From Deltaproteobacteria bacterium (GTDB lineage: Bacteria; Desulfobacterota; Binatia; UBA9968; JAJDTQ01), in the NCBI GenBank assembly GCA_026712905.1, contig JAPOPM010000175.1:4419-68418 (forward strand): a stretch of 64,000 nucleotides of DNA, written 5' to 3'. How positions within the stretch are numbered: the stretch's first letter is position 1; every line of letters starts with the position of its first letter. Shown piece after piece: positions 28,662 to 37,252 of this stretch. Under the pieces are notes generated by a model. That model saw only the letters and a list, made by a program, of their open reading frames with translations, was not told the DNA's origin and made no database searches. The position numbers and the translations under genes are program-made.

Positions 28662-28878
28662 ACTCCCGAAACGTCATTCCCGCGGAAGCTTGCCCTCGAC
28701 CCCGATCGGGGGCGGGAATCCAGGAGGGGTGAGGCGGGGAATACGGCCGCTTGGCCCCTCCCCGCCCCTGGATTCCCGCCCCCGATCGGGGTCGAGGGCA
28801 AGCTTTCGCGGGAATGACGTTTCGGGGCGTTGGTACTTCGGGGGTATTGACACAGCTTGTACCGCCGGAATGACGGAG
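28662..28878. repeat. Composite REP/MITE-like repeat, copy C (near-palindromic overall)
   Basis: aaacgtcattcccgcggaagcttgccctcgaccccgatcgggggcgggaatccagg ... cctggattcccgcccccgatcggggtcgagggcaagctttcgcgggaatgacgttt; the two halves are inverted copies. Confidence 0.8.
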
Positions 28879-28953
28879 AGGTGGAATGACCGTCATAAGA
28901 CATCGTTGCCGTGAAACTTGCCCGACCTTCCCGGACGTTATAAGGTCGCTTCC

Positions 28954-30408
28954 ATGTCGACGAATCGGCCTGTCATCCGGGGCGCGGCCACCGCCCTCGC
29001 TCACACCCCGAGCTTGGTCCGCTACGGCTCCAAGCCGTTCCGCGAAGCCCAGGCCCGCCCGGACTTCCTGGCGGAGCTGGCGCGGAACCTGTGGAGCTAC
29101 GACGACGCGTGCCGATACCTGCCGAACCAGGTGTTCATCGGAAGCCGGTCGCCGGCGCGGCTGTGGGAGGTGGAGCAGCCCTGGTTCGACAAGCTGGCCG
29201 ACGCGGACGGCGGCGACCCGCCCTTCGGGCACATCATGGACGAACGGCGTTTCCTCGCCTTGCTGGCCTGCGCGGACCCGTTCAAGCACGTACTGCTGCG
29301 GGAACGGTTCTGGGACGAGATGGGTCCGGTTCTGGAATCCGCGCCGCTCACGGCGCCGCTGACCGCCAGGACGCCGGCGCTGCTCACCGATGCGCAGATG
29401 GACGCCGAGCTGGAGTCCGCCGACAGCCTGCCGCTCTTCGCCGGGGGCGAAGGCGCGCCCGTGGGAGTCGTGAAGACGGGCCACTCCGAGGACGAAGCGC
29501 TCTCCGCATCGGTGCTGCTGGAAAACCTCTGCTGCAAGGTCTCGGGCGCCCTGGCCGTGCACGAACTGCTGAACCACGTCGACGGCCTGGGCCCGGGCGA
29601 CGTCGACCTGGTGCTGAGTTGCTCGGAGGAAGCGGTGGGCGACCGCTACCAGCGCGGCGGCGGCAACCTGGCCAAGGCCATCGCCGAGTTCGCGGGCTGC
29701 GATCTCGGCACCGGCATCGACATCAAGGACTTCTGTGCCGCGCCAATTCCCGCCATGGTCATCGGCGCTTCGCTGGTGGAGAGCGGCGTGTTCGAGAACG
29801 TCGTCGTGGTGGGCGGCGGTTCGCTTCCCAAGCTCGGGATGAAGTCCCTCTACCACCTCGAACAAGGCATCCCGGTGCTGGAGGACGCGCTGTCCGCGGT
29901 GGCCGTGTGGATCGGCCGCGACAACGGCAGCAGCCCGACGGTGAATTTGCAAGCCGTCGGACGCCATCCCGTCAAGGCCGGCGCCGCCCTCGACAAGCAG
30001 TTCCGGGAGCTTGTTCTGGAGCCGCTGAGGCGGCTAGAATGGGGCGTCGACCGGCTCGACCGCGTGGTCACCGAGCTGCACAACCCGGACATCACCGTGG
30101 CCGCCAAGGCCGGCGACGTGGCCGCCCGCAACTACAAGATGATGGCCGCCATGCTCGCCATGGCCAAGGAGATCGACCGCAGCGACATCGCCGGCTTCGC
30201 CCGCGCCAAGGGCGTGTGCGGCTACGCCCCCACTCAAGGGCACATCGCCTCGGGTTTCGTGTACGTGCCCCACGCGCTGCGGGAGATGGCCGCCGGGAAC
30301 ATCCGGAACTGCATGCTGGTGGCCAGGGCGAGCCTATTCCTGGGCCAGATGACCGAGCTGACGGACGGAATGTCGGTGCTGATCGAACGGAACGGCGCGT
30401 CTCAGTAG
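28954..30408 (+). CDS. Glycine/sarcosine/betaine reductase complex component C-like protein (GrdC-like, thiolase/PlsX-like fold)
   Basis: About 484 aa from the ATG (MSTNRPVIRGAATALAHTPSLV...). It lies immediately upstream of grdA. Motifs CSEEAVGDRYQRGGGNLAKAIAEFAGC, NVVVVGGGSLPKLGM, NPDIT, NYKMMAA, APTQGHIASG and SLFLGQMTELTDG resemble what I recall of GrdC. This assignment is made from memory and not verified by alignment. Confidence 0.55.
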   Translation: MSTNRPVIRGAATALAHTPSLVRYGSKPFREAQARPDFLAELARNLWSYDDACRYLPNQVFIGSRSPARLWEVEQPWFDKLADADGGDPPFGHIMDERRFLALLACADPFKHVLLRERFWDEMGPVLESAPLTAPLTARTPALLTDAQMDAELESADSLPLFAGGEGAPVGVVKTGHSEDEALSASVLLENLCCKVSGALAVHELLNHVDGLGPGDVDLVLSCSEEAVGDRYQRGGGNLAKAIAEFAGCDLGTGIDIKDFCAAPIPAMVIGASLVESGVFENVVVVGGGSLPKLGMKSLYHLEQGIPVLEDALSAVAVWIGRDNGSSPTVNLQAVGRHPVKAGAALDKQFRELVLEPLRRLEWGVDRLDRVVTELHNPDITVAAKAGDVAARNYKMMAAMLAMAKEIDRSDIAGFARAKGVCGYAPTQGHIASGFVYVPHALREMAAGNIRNCMLVARASLFLGQMTELTDGMSVLIERNGASQ

Positions 30409-30490
30409 CGCTCAACCTTACGAAAATACGGGACTTTTACACGGATAGGGCTACTACAAGAATTGACCCTACCAAAACGAGGAGGACCCC

Positions 30491-30961
30491 ATGTCGGCAC
30501 AACCCATCACCCTCAACGGCAAAAAGCTCATCATCCTCGGCGAACGGGACGGCGTCCCCGCCCCGGTCATCCAACAGGCCATCGCTGGACTGGGAGGCGA
30601 AGTCGCGTACGCCGCCACCCAGTGCTTCGTTTGAACAGCCGCTGGGGCCATGGACCTTGAGGATCAAGGTCGAATAAAAGAACTCGCGGAAGCCTACGGA
30701 AAAGACGACATCGTGGTGCTGCTCGGCGCCCCCACAACCGAGAGCAGCCAGGTCCAGTTCGAGACCGTTACCACCGGCGACCCCTCCTACGCCGGCCCCC
30801 TCGCCGGCGTGGAACTCGGGCTCCCGGCCTACCACGTCTTCGAGCCCAACGTGAAAGCCGCCATCGACCCCGCCCAGTACGCCGAGAACATCGAGATTCT
30901 GGAAATGGGGCTGGAGGCGGACGCCATCGTGGACGCGCTGGCGGGGATGCGGGCGGGGTAG
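30491..30961 (+). CDS. grdA: Glycine/sarcosine/betaine reductase selenoprotein A (GrdA), with selenocysteine encoded by in-frame TGA at 30632-30634
   Basis: ATG at 30491 is preceded by GAGGAGG. Translation gives [59 protein letters not shown]...ETVTTGDPSYAGPLAGVELGLPAYHVFEP..., the GrdA architecture including the CxxU redox motif. The track shows only the C-terminal piece (30650..30961) because of the UGA. Confidence 0.9.
30653..30671 (+). promoter_or_regulatory. SECIS-like stem-loop downstream of the grdA UGA (GACCTTG-AGGAT-CAAGGTC)
   Basis: Perfect 7-bp stem with a 5-nt loop beginning 18 nt 3' of the UGA codon. Position and shape fit a bacterial selenocysteine insertion element, but the full element has not been modelled. 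Confidence 0.4.
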
Positions 30962-30967
30962 ACGTAA

Positions 30968-31105
30968 CGCGGCAAGGGAAGTCACCTCACGTTGTACTAC
31001 GGCGGTCGGAAGACCATCGTGAAGGATCGCCGGAAGGAGATTAGCCGGAGTCTTCTCGCCGCCAGGATCCGCCAGCTTGGACTCGATCCGAATGACCTTA
31101 GGTAG
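30968..31105 (+). pseudogene. hicA: hicA toxin remnant (5'-truncated; encodes only the C-terminal ~45 residues GKGSHLTLYYGGRKTIVKDRRKEISRSLLAARIRQLGLDPNDLR)
   Basis: In the same frame as grdA, beginning right after its TAG and a TAA. Matches the C-terminal half of HicA (GSHxxxxHP...KxLxxGTLRxILKQAGL) but lacks the N-terminal ~20 residues and any start codon. Confidence 0.6.
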
Positions 31106-31124
31106 GGTAGGAGTAAGGATCGTT

Positions 31125-31553
31125 ATGCAATTTCGCTATCCAGCCAGACTCCAAGCGGACCCCTCGGGAGAACTCGTTGTCTCCTTCCGGGACTTCCCCG
31201 AGTGTCTCACGTCTGGAGCCGATCAAGCCGAAGCACTCGTTGAGGCGCGGGACGCGCTTGAAGAAGCCGTCGCCGGCCGCATTGACGACGACGAGCCGAT
31301 CCCAACGCCAAGCCGACGGCGCACCGGCGAACATCTGATCGCGGTGCCGCCCGATATGGCGGCAAAGGCCGCGTTCGTCCTCGCTTTACGTGCCAGCGGG
31401 TTGTCGCGCAACGCATTTGCACAGCGCCTCGGTGTCGACGAGAAGGTCGTACGCCGGATGCTCGACCCACGGCACCACACCGCCGCCAACCGGATTCACA
31501 AAGCGTTGCGAGTGCTGGGACAGGAACTCATCGTCGAATCTCACGCGGCATGA
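31125..31553 (+). CDS. hicB: HicB-family antitoxin
   Basis: MQFRYPARLQADPSGELVVSFRDFPECLTSGADQAEALVEARDALEEAV is the classic HicB N-terminal domain, followed by a C-terminal HTH-like domain. AGGAG ribosome-binding site; ATG is internal to the track ORF. Confidence 0.75.
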   Translation: MQFRYPARLQADPSGELVVSFRDFPECLTSGADQAEALVEARDALEEAVAGRIDDDEPIPTPSRRRTGEHLIAVPPDMAAKAAFVLALRASGLSRNAFAQRLGVDEKVVRRMLDPRHHTAANRIHKALRVLGQELIVESHAA

Positions 31554-31598
31554 CCGGCGCGGCGGTTCTGGGAGCTCGTCCTTGAGCCGTTGCGGGGT

Positions 31599-31994
31599 CT
31601 ACAGGGTCGGGACGAGCCGGGACTGGATGATGCGCGCGTCGCGTGTCAGCACCGTTGCGCCGAGAAGCTGTGCCGAGGCGACAATGACCCGGTCGGCCGG
31701 GTCGCGATGAAAGGCGGCGGGAAGGGCGGCCACGGCCGCGGCAACCGCGGGTGAGATGCCGACCCGCTGCACCAAGGGCGGGGCGGTCGCAGCCTCGAGC
31801 CACTCCCTCAGCGGCAAATGAAACGAGATCCGCTTGAGGTTGTACAGCGTGGCAATCTCCCACAGGCTGATGTCGGAAACCCACAGCGGATTCTCGGGAC
31901 CGGCCTCTCGAAGGACTTCTTCCTGCTCCGCCGAAAGATGGCGGTCCGCGCCCATCCAGTGAATCAGAATGTGTGTATCGAGGAGCGCCTTCAC
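31599..31994 (-). CDS. vapC: PIN-domain toxin VapC
   Basis: 131 aa; MKALLDTHILIHW start (GTG) with PIN acidic residues. Overlaps the phd stop by 4 nt (GTGA). Confidence 0.8.
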   Translation of the reverse strand: MKALLDTHILIHWMGADRHLSAEQEEVLREAGPENPLWVSDISLWEIATLYNLKRISFHLPLREWLEAATAPPLVQRVGISPAVAAAVAALPAAFHRDPADRVIVASAQLLGATVLTRDARIIQSRLVPTL

Positions 31995-32239
31995 CCCGTC
32001 TTCCCCGCCTCGGCCTCCCAGAAGTCGGCATCCAGGACCGGCCCCACAATATCTCCGTGTACCTCCACCGTTCCAAAAAGCGCATGCTGCGGGTAGCGGT
32101 GCTGCCTGGGGACCGGCGGGACAAGCTGGGCGACCGGCTTGCCGCGTTTCAGGATCGTAACCGCCTGTCCCGTCTGTACGACTTCATCGAGGATGGCCAA
32201 GCACTTTGCCTTGAATTCCGAGGCATTGATTTCCTTCAT
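31991..32239 (-). CDS. Phd/YefM-family antitoxin (VapB-type partner)
   Basis: 82 aa; MKEINASEFKAKCLAILDEVVQTGQAVTILKRGKPVAQLVP matches the Phd/YefM signature. Confidence 0.75.
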   Translation of the reverse strand: MKEINASEFKAKCLAILDEVVQTGQAVTILKRGKPVAQLVPPVPRQHRYPQHALFGTVEVHGDIVGPVLDADFWEAEAGKTG

Positions 32240-32309
32240 GTGACCAGACTATATGACTAGTCAATGGAAATCAACGCAAGGCATGGAACCATGCAGAAGG
32301 AGACCCACC

Positions 32310-33125
32310 ATGGCAAACCACATCCAAGGACCCCTCTACTACGAGCGCATGGGCCGCACCGGCCCGGTGATGGCGTTCATCCATCCGAACCCGATGGACC
32401 AGTCGTGCTGGATCTTCCAGATGGCGCATCTGTCGACATGGTACCGGTGCATATCCATCGACATTCCGGGGTATGGGCGGTCGCCGAAGGCAGAGGCGGG
32501 GCTGACCATGGATGACATGGCAGAGGCGTGCTGGGAGGCCATCGACGACGCGACGCCCGGGGAGGATGCCATCCTGGTGGGCTCTTCGGTGGGATCGGCC
32601 ATCGCCCCGTACATGTATCACCAGCATCCGGACCGGACGAAGGCGATCATCCTGTCGGGCAAGGGATATTCCACCGACAAGAGCAACTTCCAGCGGCGCA
32701 TCGACACCTACCGCGCCAACGGCATCGGCTTTCGCTGGAGGTACACGTTCGAGGACTTGAGCCCGGCGTTCCGCGCGACGCCGCTGGCGCATTTCTTCGC
32801 CAACCTGTTCACCGAACGCAACGAGTTCGCGGATGTGGACACGATCTGTCACCAGTTCGGCGCGCTTCAGGAGCAGGAACCCGAGGGCCATTACTCAGGC
32901 ATCGGGTGCCCGGTCACCATCCTCACCGGCAGCGAGGACAACGCCCATCTGCGCTCGTTCGCCTTGCAGGCACAAATACCGGGTTGCGAGTTGAAGGTGT
33001 TGCCCGGTGCCGGGCACGCATGCCAGATGGAGCAGCCCTGGCTGTACGACCGCTTCATGATCGAGTTCCTCACCAAATACGGCCTGTTTCCGAAAACGCC
33101 GAAGCCGGCTTCTTCCGGATTCTGA
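32310..33125 (+). CDS. Alpha/beta hydrolase (paralog 1)
   Basis: GSSVGS nucleophile elbow; MANHIQGPLYYERMGR start preceded by GAAGGAG. Close paralog of 37560..38375. Confidence 0.75.
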   Translation: MANHIQGPLYYERMGRTGPVMAFIHPNPMDQSCWIFQMAHLSTWYRCISIDIPGYGRSPKAEAGLTMDDMAEACWEAIDDATPGEDAILVGSSVGSAIAPYMYHQHPDRTKAIILSGKGYSTDKSNFQRRIDTYRANGIGFRWRYTFEDLSPAFRATPLAHFFANLFTERNEFADVDTICHQFGALQEQEPEGHYSGIGCPVTILTGSEDNAHLRSFALQAQIPGCELKVLPGAGHACQMEQPWLYDRFMIEFLTKYGLFPKTPKPASSGF

Positions 33126-33175
33126 ACCGGAGGCCTCCAACCGCGCCTTCCCACCTGTCCGAGTGCCACGAGGCT

Positions 33176-33204
33176 AGGCCGGGGACCGTTCGAAACCCCG
33201 GCCT
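33176..33204 (+). terminator. GC-rich hairpin downstream of hydrolase paralog 1 (AGGCCGGGG-11 nt-CCCCGGCCT), possible intrinsic terminator without a T-tract
   Basis: 9-bp perfect stem located 50 nt after the stop codon; no U-run, so tentative. Confidence 0.3.
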
Positions 33205-33327
33205 GGCCTACGCAGGTTAGACAACCAAATGTAGTAGGCTACTTTGTTAGACTGGCCAGATGTAGTGTGCTAGCCTTCCTGTTGGAAGCCGTTCAGTAAC
33301 CGTCCACACCCATGGGAGGCCTCGGAC

Positions 33328-34950
33328 ATGCTTGAAACATCCGCAAGGCATCGCCCCGGAACATCCACCCGGACGCTGTTCATCGTCCTCATCGCCGCGT
33401 TGCTGCTGGGGGTTTCCTCCGCCCACGCGGCCACGAACATCCTTCAGCGGGGCAACGGAGCGGAGCCGGAGACCCTCGACGTGCACAAGTCGTCGGGCGT
33501 GCCCGAGGCGAACATCCAGCGCGACCTGTTCGAGGGGCTGGTGGCGGAGGGAGCGGACGGTTCCATCATTCCGGGGGTGGCGGAGAGCTGGAGCCTGAGC
33601 GAGGACGGCAAGGTCTACACCTTCCGGCTGCGGCGGAACGCCAAGTGGTCCAACGGGGACCCGGTGACGGCCCATGACTTCGCGTTCGCGCTCACGCGGG
33701 GGGTGGACCCGTCGGTGGGCTCGGACTACGCGTTCATCCTGTGGCCCATCGCCAACGCGGAGGAAATCACCAAGGGCAAGGTCAAGGAACTGGGGCGGCT
33801 CGGGGTGAAAGCGGTGGACGCGCACACGCTGAAGTTGACCCTCAAGGCGCCCACGCCCTACTTCATCGGGCTCCTGACGCACCACCAGGCGTACCCGGTG
33901 CATCGCAAGACCCTGGAGCAACACGGCGACAAGTGGACCCGGGCCGGCAACATGGTCTCCAACGGGGCCTACCAACTGGCGGAATGGGTGCCCCAAAGCC
34001 ACGTGCGCCTGGAGCGCAATCCCCACTACTGGGACGCCGCCAACGTGCGCATCGACGCGGTGGTGTTCCACCCGACGGAGGACAAGAGCACCGAGCTGAA
34101 GAGGTTCCGGAGCGGCGAGATGGACGTCACCTATGACGTGCCCATCGACCAGATCGGATGGGTGGAGAAGAACCTCGCCCAACAGTTCCGCAACACCGCG
34201 TATCTGGGCACTTACTACTACTCCCTCAACCTCACCAAGACGCCGTTCCGCGACCGGCCGGGGCTGCGCAACGCGCTGGCCATGACCATCGACCGGGAGA
34301 TCCTCACCGGGAAGGTCACCAAGGGCGGCGAGATCCCCGCCTACGCCTGGGTGCCGCCGGGCGTGAACCAGTACGCGGGCGCGAAGGTACCCTGGCAGGG
34401 CCTATCCAAGGCCGAACGCCTGGCCAGGGCGAAGAAGCTCTACGCCGAGGCCGGCTACTCCAAGGACAACCCGTTGAAGGTGCAGATCCTGTACAACACC
34501 AGCGAGAGCCACAAGCGCATCGCCATCGCCATCGGCGGCATGTGGAAAAAGGCCCTCGGCGTCCAGACCGAGCTCTTCAACCAGGAATGGAAGGTCTACC
34601 TCACCACCCGGCGGGCGAAGCAGTTCGACGTGCTCCGGGCCGGCTGGATCGGCGACTACAACGACGCCAACACCTTTCTGGAGCTGCTCAAGGGCACCGT
34701 CGGCACCATGAACCCGGCGGGCTACGCCAGCTCCGAGTACGACGCCCTCATGCAAAAGGCCGAAACCGAAACCGACCTGCAGGCGCGGGCGAAGCTCATG
34801 CAGAAGGCGGAGAGCATCCTGCTCGCGGACATGCCCATCATCCCCATCTACCACTACACGACCCAGCACCTGGTGAACCCGCGGGTCAAGGGATGGGTGG
34901 ACAACGTCATGGACGTGCACCCGACCCGGCATTTGTCGCTGGCGCCGTGA
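33328..34950 (+). CDS. Peptide/nickel ABC transporter substrate-binding protein (SBP family 5, OppA/DppA-like)
   Basis: 540 aa; signal peptide, family-5 SBP motifs; GGGAGG ribosome-binding site. Confidence 0.85.
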   Translation: MLETSARHRPGTSTRTLFIVLIAALLLGVSSAHAATNILQRGNGAEPETLDVHKSSGVPEANIQRDLFEGLVAEGADGSIIPGVAESWSLSEDGKVYTFRLRRNAKWSNGDPVTAHDFAFALTRGVDPSVGSDYAFILWPIANAEEITKGKVKELGRLGVKAVDAHTLKLTLKAPTPYFIGLLTHHQAYPVHRKTLEQHGDKWTRAGNMVSNGAYQLAEWVPQSHVRLERNPHYWDAANVRIDAVVFHPTEDKSTELKRFRSGEMDVTYDVPIDQIGWVEKNLAQQFRNTAYLGTYYYSLNLTKTPFRDRPGLRNALAMTIDREILTGKVTKGGEIPAYAWVPPGVNQYAGAKVPWQGLSKAERLARAKKLYAEAGYSKDNPLKVQILYNTSESHKRIAIAIGGMWKKALGVQTELFNQEWKVYLTTRRAKQFDVLRAGWIGDYNDANTFLELLKGTVGTMNPAGYASSEYDALMQKAETETDLQARAKLMQKAESILLADMPIIPIYHYTTQHLVNPRVKGWVDNVMDVHPTRHLSLAP

Positions 34951-35003
34951 TGCCCCCGGCGTTCCGTCCGAGGCTCCCGGAGGCCTGACCACCCAAATTT
35001 CCC

Positions 35004-35930
35004 TTGTGGACCTACGCGATACGGCGGTTGGCGTCGGCGGTGCCGACCCTCTTCATCATCATCGCCATCGCCTTCTTCATGATCCGGCTGGCGCCGGGCG
35101 GTCCCTTCGACCGGGAGCGGGTGGTCCCGCCTGAGATCTCGGCCAACCTGAACCGCGTCTACCACCTCGACGAGCCCCTGCCGCAACAGTTCCTCCGCTA
35201 CCTCAAGGGCCTCGCCCGCGGCGACTTCGGCCCGTCCTTCAAGTACCGCGACTTCACCGTCACCGAGCTCATCGCCGCGGGCTTCCCGGTGTCGCTCAAG
35301 ATCGGCCTCCTGGCCATGGCCGCGGCGTTGCTGCTCGGGGTCGGCCTTGGCGCATGGGCGGCGCGGCGGCGCAATTCCCTCGCGGACCACCTGGTCATGG
35401 GGCTTGCCATGACCGGCGTCGCGGTGCCCAACTTCGTGGTGGCGCCGCTCTTGTCGCTGGTCATCGGCGTCTACCTGAACCTCCTGCCCGTGGGCGGGCT
35501 GGGGGACGGCGGCATCCGCCACCTGCTGCTGCCCGTGATCTCCCTGGCCCTGCCCCAGGTGGCCTACATCGCGCGCCTCTCGCGCGGCAGCATGCTCGAA
35601 GTGCTGAACGCCGACTACATCCGCACCGGCCGCGCCAAGGGGCTCACGGAACGGCGCATCGTCTTCCGCCACGCCCTCAAGAACGCGCTCACGCCGGTGG
35701 TATCCTACCTCGGCCCGGCCACCGCGGCCATCATCACGGGTTCGGTGGTGATCGAGCAGATCTTCGGCATCCCCGGCCTCGGCCGCTACTTCGTGCAGGG
35801 CGCCCTCAACCGCGACTACACCCTGGTGATGGGGGTGGTGATCACCTACGGCACGCTCATCATCGCCCTCAACCTGGTCGTGGATCTGCTCTACGGCGTC
35901 CTCGATCCACGGGTGCGGTCACATGAATAG
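35004..35930 (+). CDS. ABC transporter permease (OppB/DppB-like)
   Basis: 308 aa; N-terminal MWTYAIRRLASAVPTLFIIIAIAFFMIRLAPGGPFD matches DppB; EAA loop; TTG start. Confidence 0.85.
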   Translation: MWTYAIRRLASAVPTLFIIIAIAFFMIRLAPGGPFDRERVVPPEISANLNRVYHLDEPLPQQFLRYLKGLARGDFGPSFKYRDFTVTELIAAGFPVSLKIGLLAMAAALLLGVGLGAWAARRRNSLADHLVMGLAMTGVAVPNFVVAPLLSLVIGVYLNLLPVGGLGDGGIRHLLLPVISLALPQVAYIARLSRGSMLEVLNADYIRTGRAKGLTERRIVFRHALKNALTPVVSYLGPATAAIITGSVVIEQIFGIPGLGRYFVQGALNRDYTLVMGVVITYGTLIIALNLVVDLLYGVLDPRVRSHE

Positions 35931-35971
35931 CGTCATGAAGCCATCCATGAGGCCGCACCCAAAGGTGCGTC

Positions 35972-36868
35972 ATGATTGAGGCCGCGACCGCGACCGGAAG
36001 CCGCCGGGCGACGCCCGCCGCGGGCCGGAGCCCCTGGCGCGACGCCGCGACCCACCTCCGGCGGAACCGCGCCGCCATGGCCGGCCTCACAACGTTGTGC
36101 GTGCTCGCCGTCCTCTCGGTGGCCGTCCCCATGCTCTCGCCCTACGCCATCGACGAGATCTTCTGGGACGCCATCGGCACCGGCCCCAGCCTGGGTAGCG
36201 GCCACCCGTTCGGCACCGACGCCAACGGCCGGGACCTGCTCCTGCGCACGCTCTACGCCGGACGCATGTCCCTCTCGGTAGGGCTCGCCGCGTCGGTGGT
36301 TAGCGTCCTGGTAGGAGTGTTCTGGGGCACCGTGTCGGGATACGCCGGCGGCACCACCGACTCCTTGATGATGCGCTTCGTGGACATCCTCTACGCCCTG
36401 CCCTTCATGTTCTTCGTGATCCTGCTGATGGTCTACTTCGGGCGCCACGTGGTGCTGATCTTCGTCGCCATCGGCATGGTGGAGTGGCTGGACATGGCGC
36501 GCATCGTGCGTGGCGAAACCCTCTCCCTCAAGCGCCGGGAGTTCGTCGAGGCCGCCCGGGCCATGGGCGCGGCGCCGGCGTGGATCGTCCTGCGCCACGT
36601 CATTCCCAACGTCGTCGGCCCCGTGGCGGTCTTCGCCACCCTCACCGTCCCCCGCGCCATCCTGTTCGAGAGCTTCCTGAGCTTTCTCGGCCTGGGCATC
36701 CAGGAACCCATGACGAGCTGGGGCGTGCTGATCAGCGAAGGCGCCACACAGATGGAAACCCAACCCTGGGCGCTCATCTTCCCAGCCACCTTCCTCGCCG
36801 CCACCCTCTTCAGCCTGAATTTCCTGGGCGACGGCCTGCGCGACGCGCTGGATCCGAAGCAGCGGTAA
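35972..36868 (+). CDS. ABC transporter permease (OppC/DppC-like)
   Basis: 298 aa; BPD_transp_1 domain. No ATP-binding subunit gene follows. Confidence 0.85.
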   Translation: MIEAATATGSRRATPAAGRSPWRDAATHLRRNRAAMAGLTTLCVLAVLSVAVPMLSPYAIDEIFWDAIGTGPSLGSGHPFGTDANGRDLLLRTLYAGRMSLSVGLAASVVSVLVGVFWGTVSGYAGGTTDSLMMRFVDILYALPFMFFVILLMVYFGRHVVLIFVAIGMVEWLDMARIVRGETLSLKRREFVEAARAMGAAPAWIVLRHVIPNVVGPVAVFATLTVPRAILFESFLSFLGLGIQEPMTSWGVLISEGATQMETQPWALIFPATFLAATLFSLNFLGDGLRDALDPKQR

Positions 36869-36916
36869 CCGGACGGACTTGCGCGCACGCGCGACGGACC
36901 GCGTAAGCAAACCCGG

Positions 36917-37252
36917 TCAAGCCGTTGCCAAGACGCGGGAGAGGGCCGTCCTGATGGCGCGGGCGTCCCGCGTCGACAACGAGCCGATCCTGCGAACGAT
37001 CATACCGTCATCAACGGTGAAGAGCTTGAAGCGGACCTTGCAGGGGACACTGAGGCCCACTCCCTGCCAGTCCTGAATATCCACGTCACTCGGCCAGGGG
37101 GCACGCACCGAGGTGATCATGGTCAAGATCGATTGTTCGTGAGCGGCGTTGAAGTCCGCCGATGAGACGACCAGGGCTGGCCGACGCTTGCTGGTCTCGC
37201 GGTCCGCGAAAGGGAAAGGGACGACGACCACGTCGAGCGTGTCAAAGGTCAC
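36917..37252 (-). CDS. mazF: PemK/MazF-family toxin (endoribonuclease)
   Basis: 111 aa; VVVVPFPFADRETSKRRPALVV motif; GTG start overlapping the mazE stop. Confidence 0.75.
   Translation of the reverse strand: MTFDTLDVVVVPFPFADRETSKRRPALVVSSADFNAAHEQSILTMITSVRAPWPSDVDIQDWQGVGLSVPCKVRFKLFTVDDGMIVRRIGSLSTRDARAIRTALSRVLATA

Noticed and set aside
33176-33204. tRNA-like GGTTCGAAACCCC segment
   Set aside because: Only a simple 9-bp hairpin. No acceptor, D or anticodon arms; the loop does not match a T-loop in stem length.
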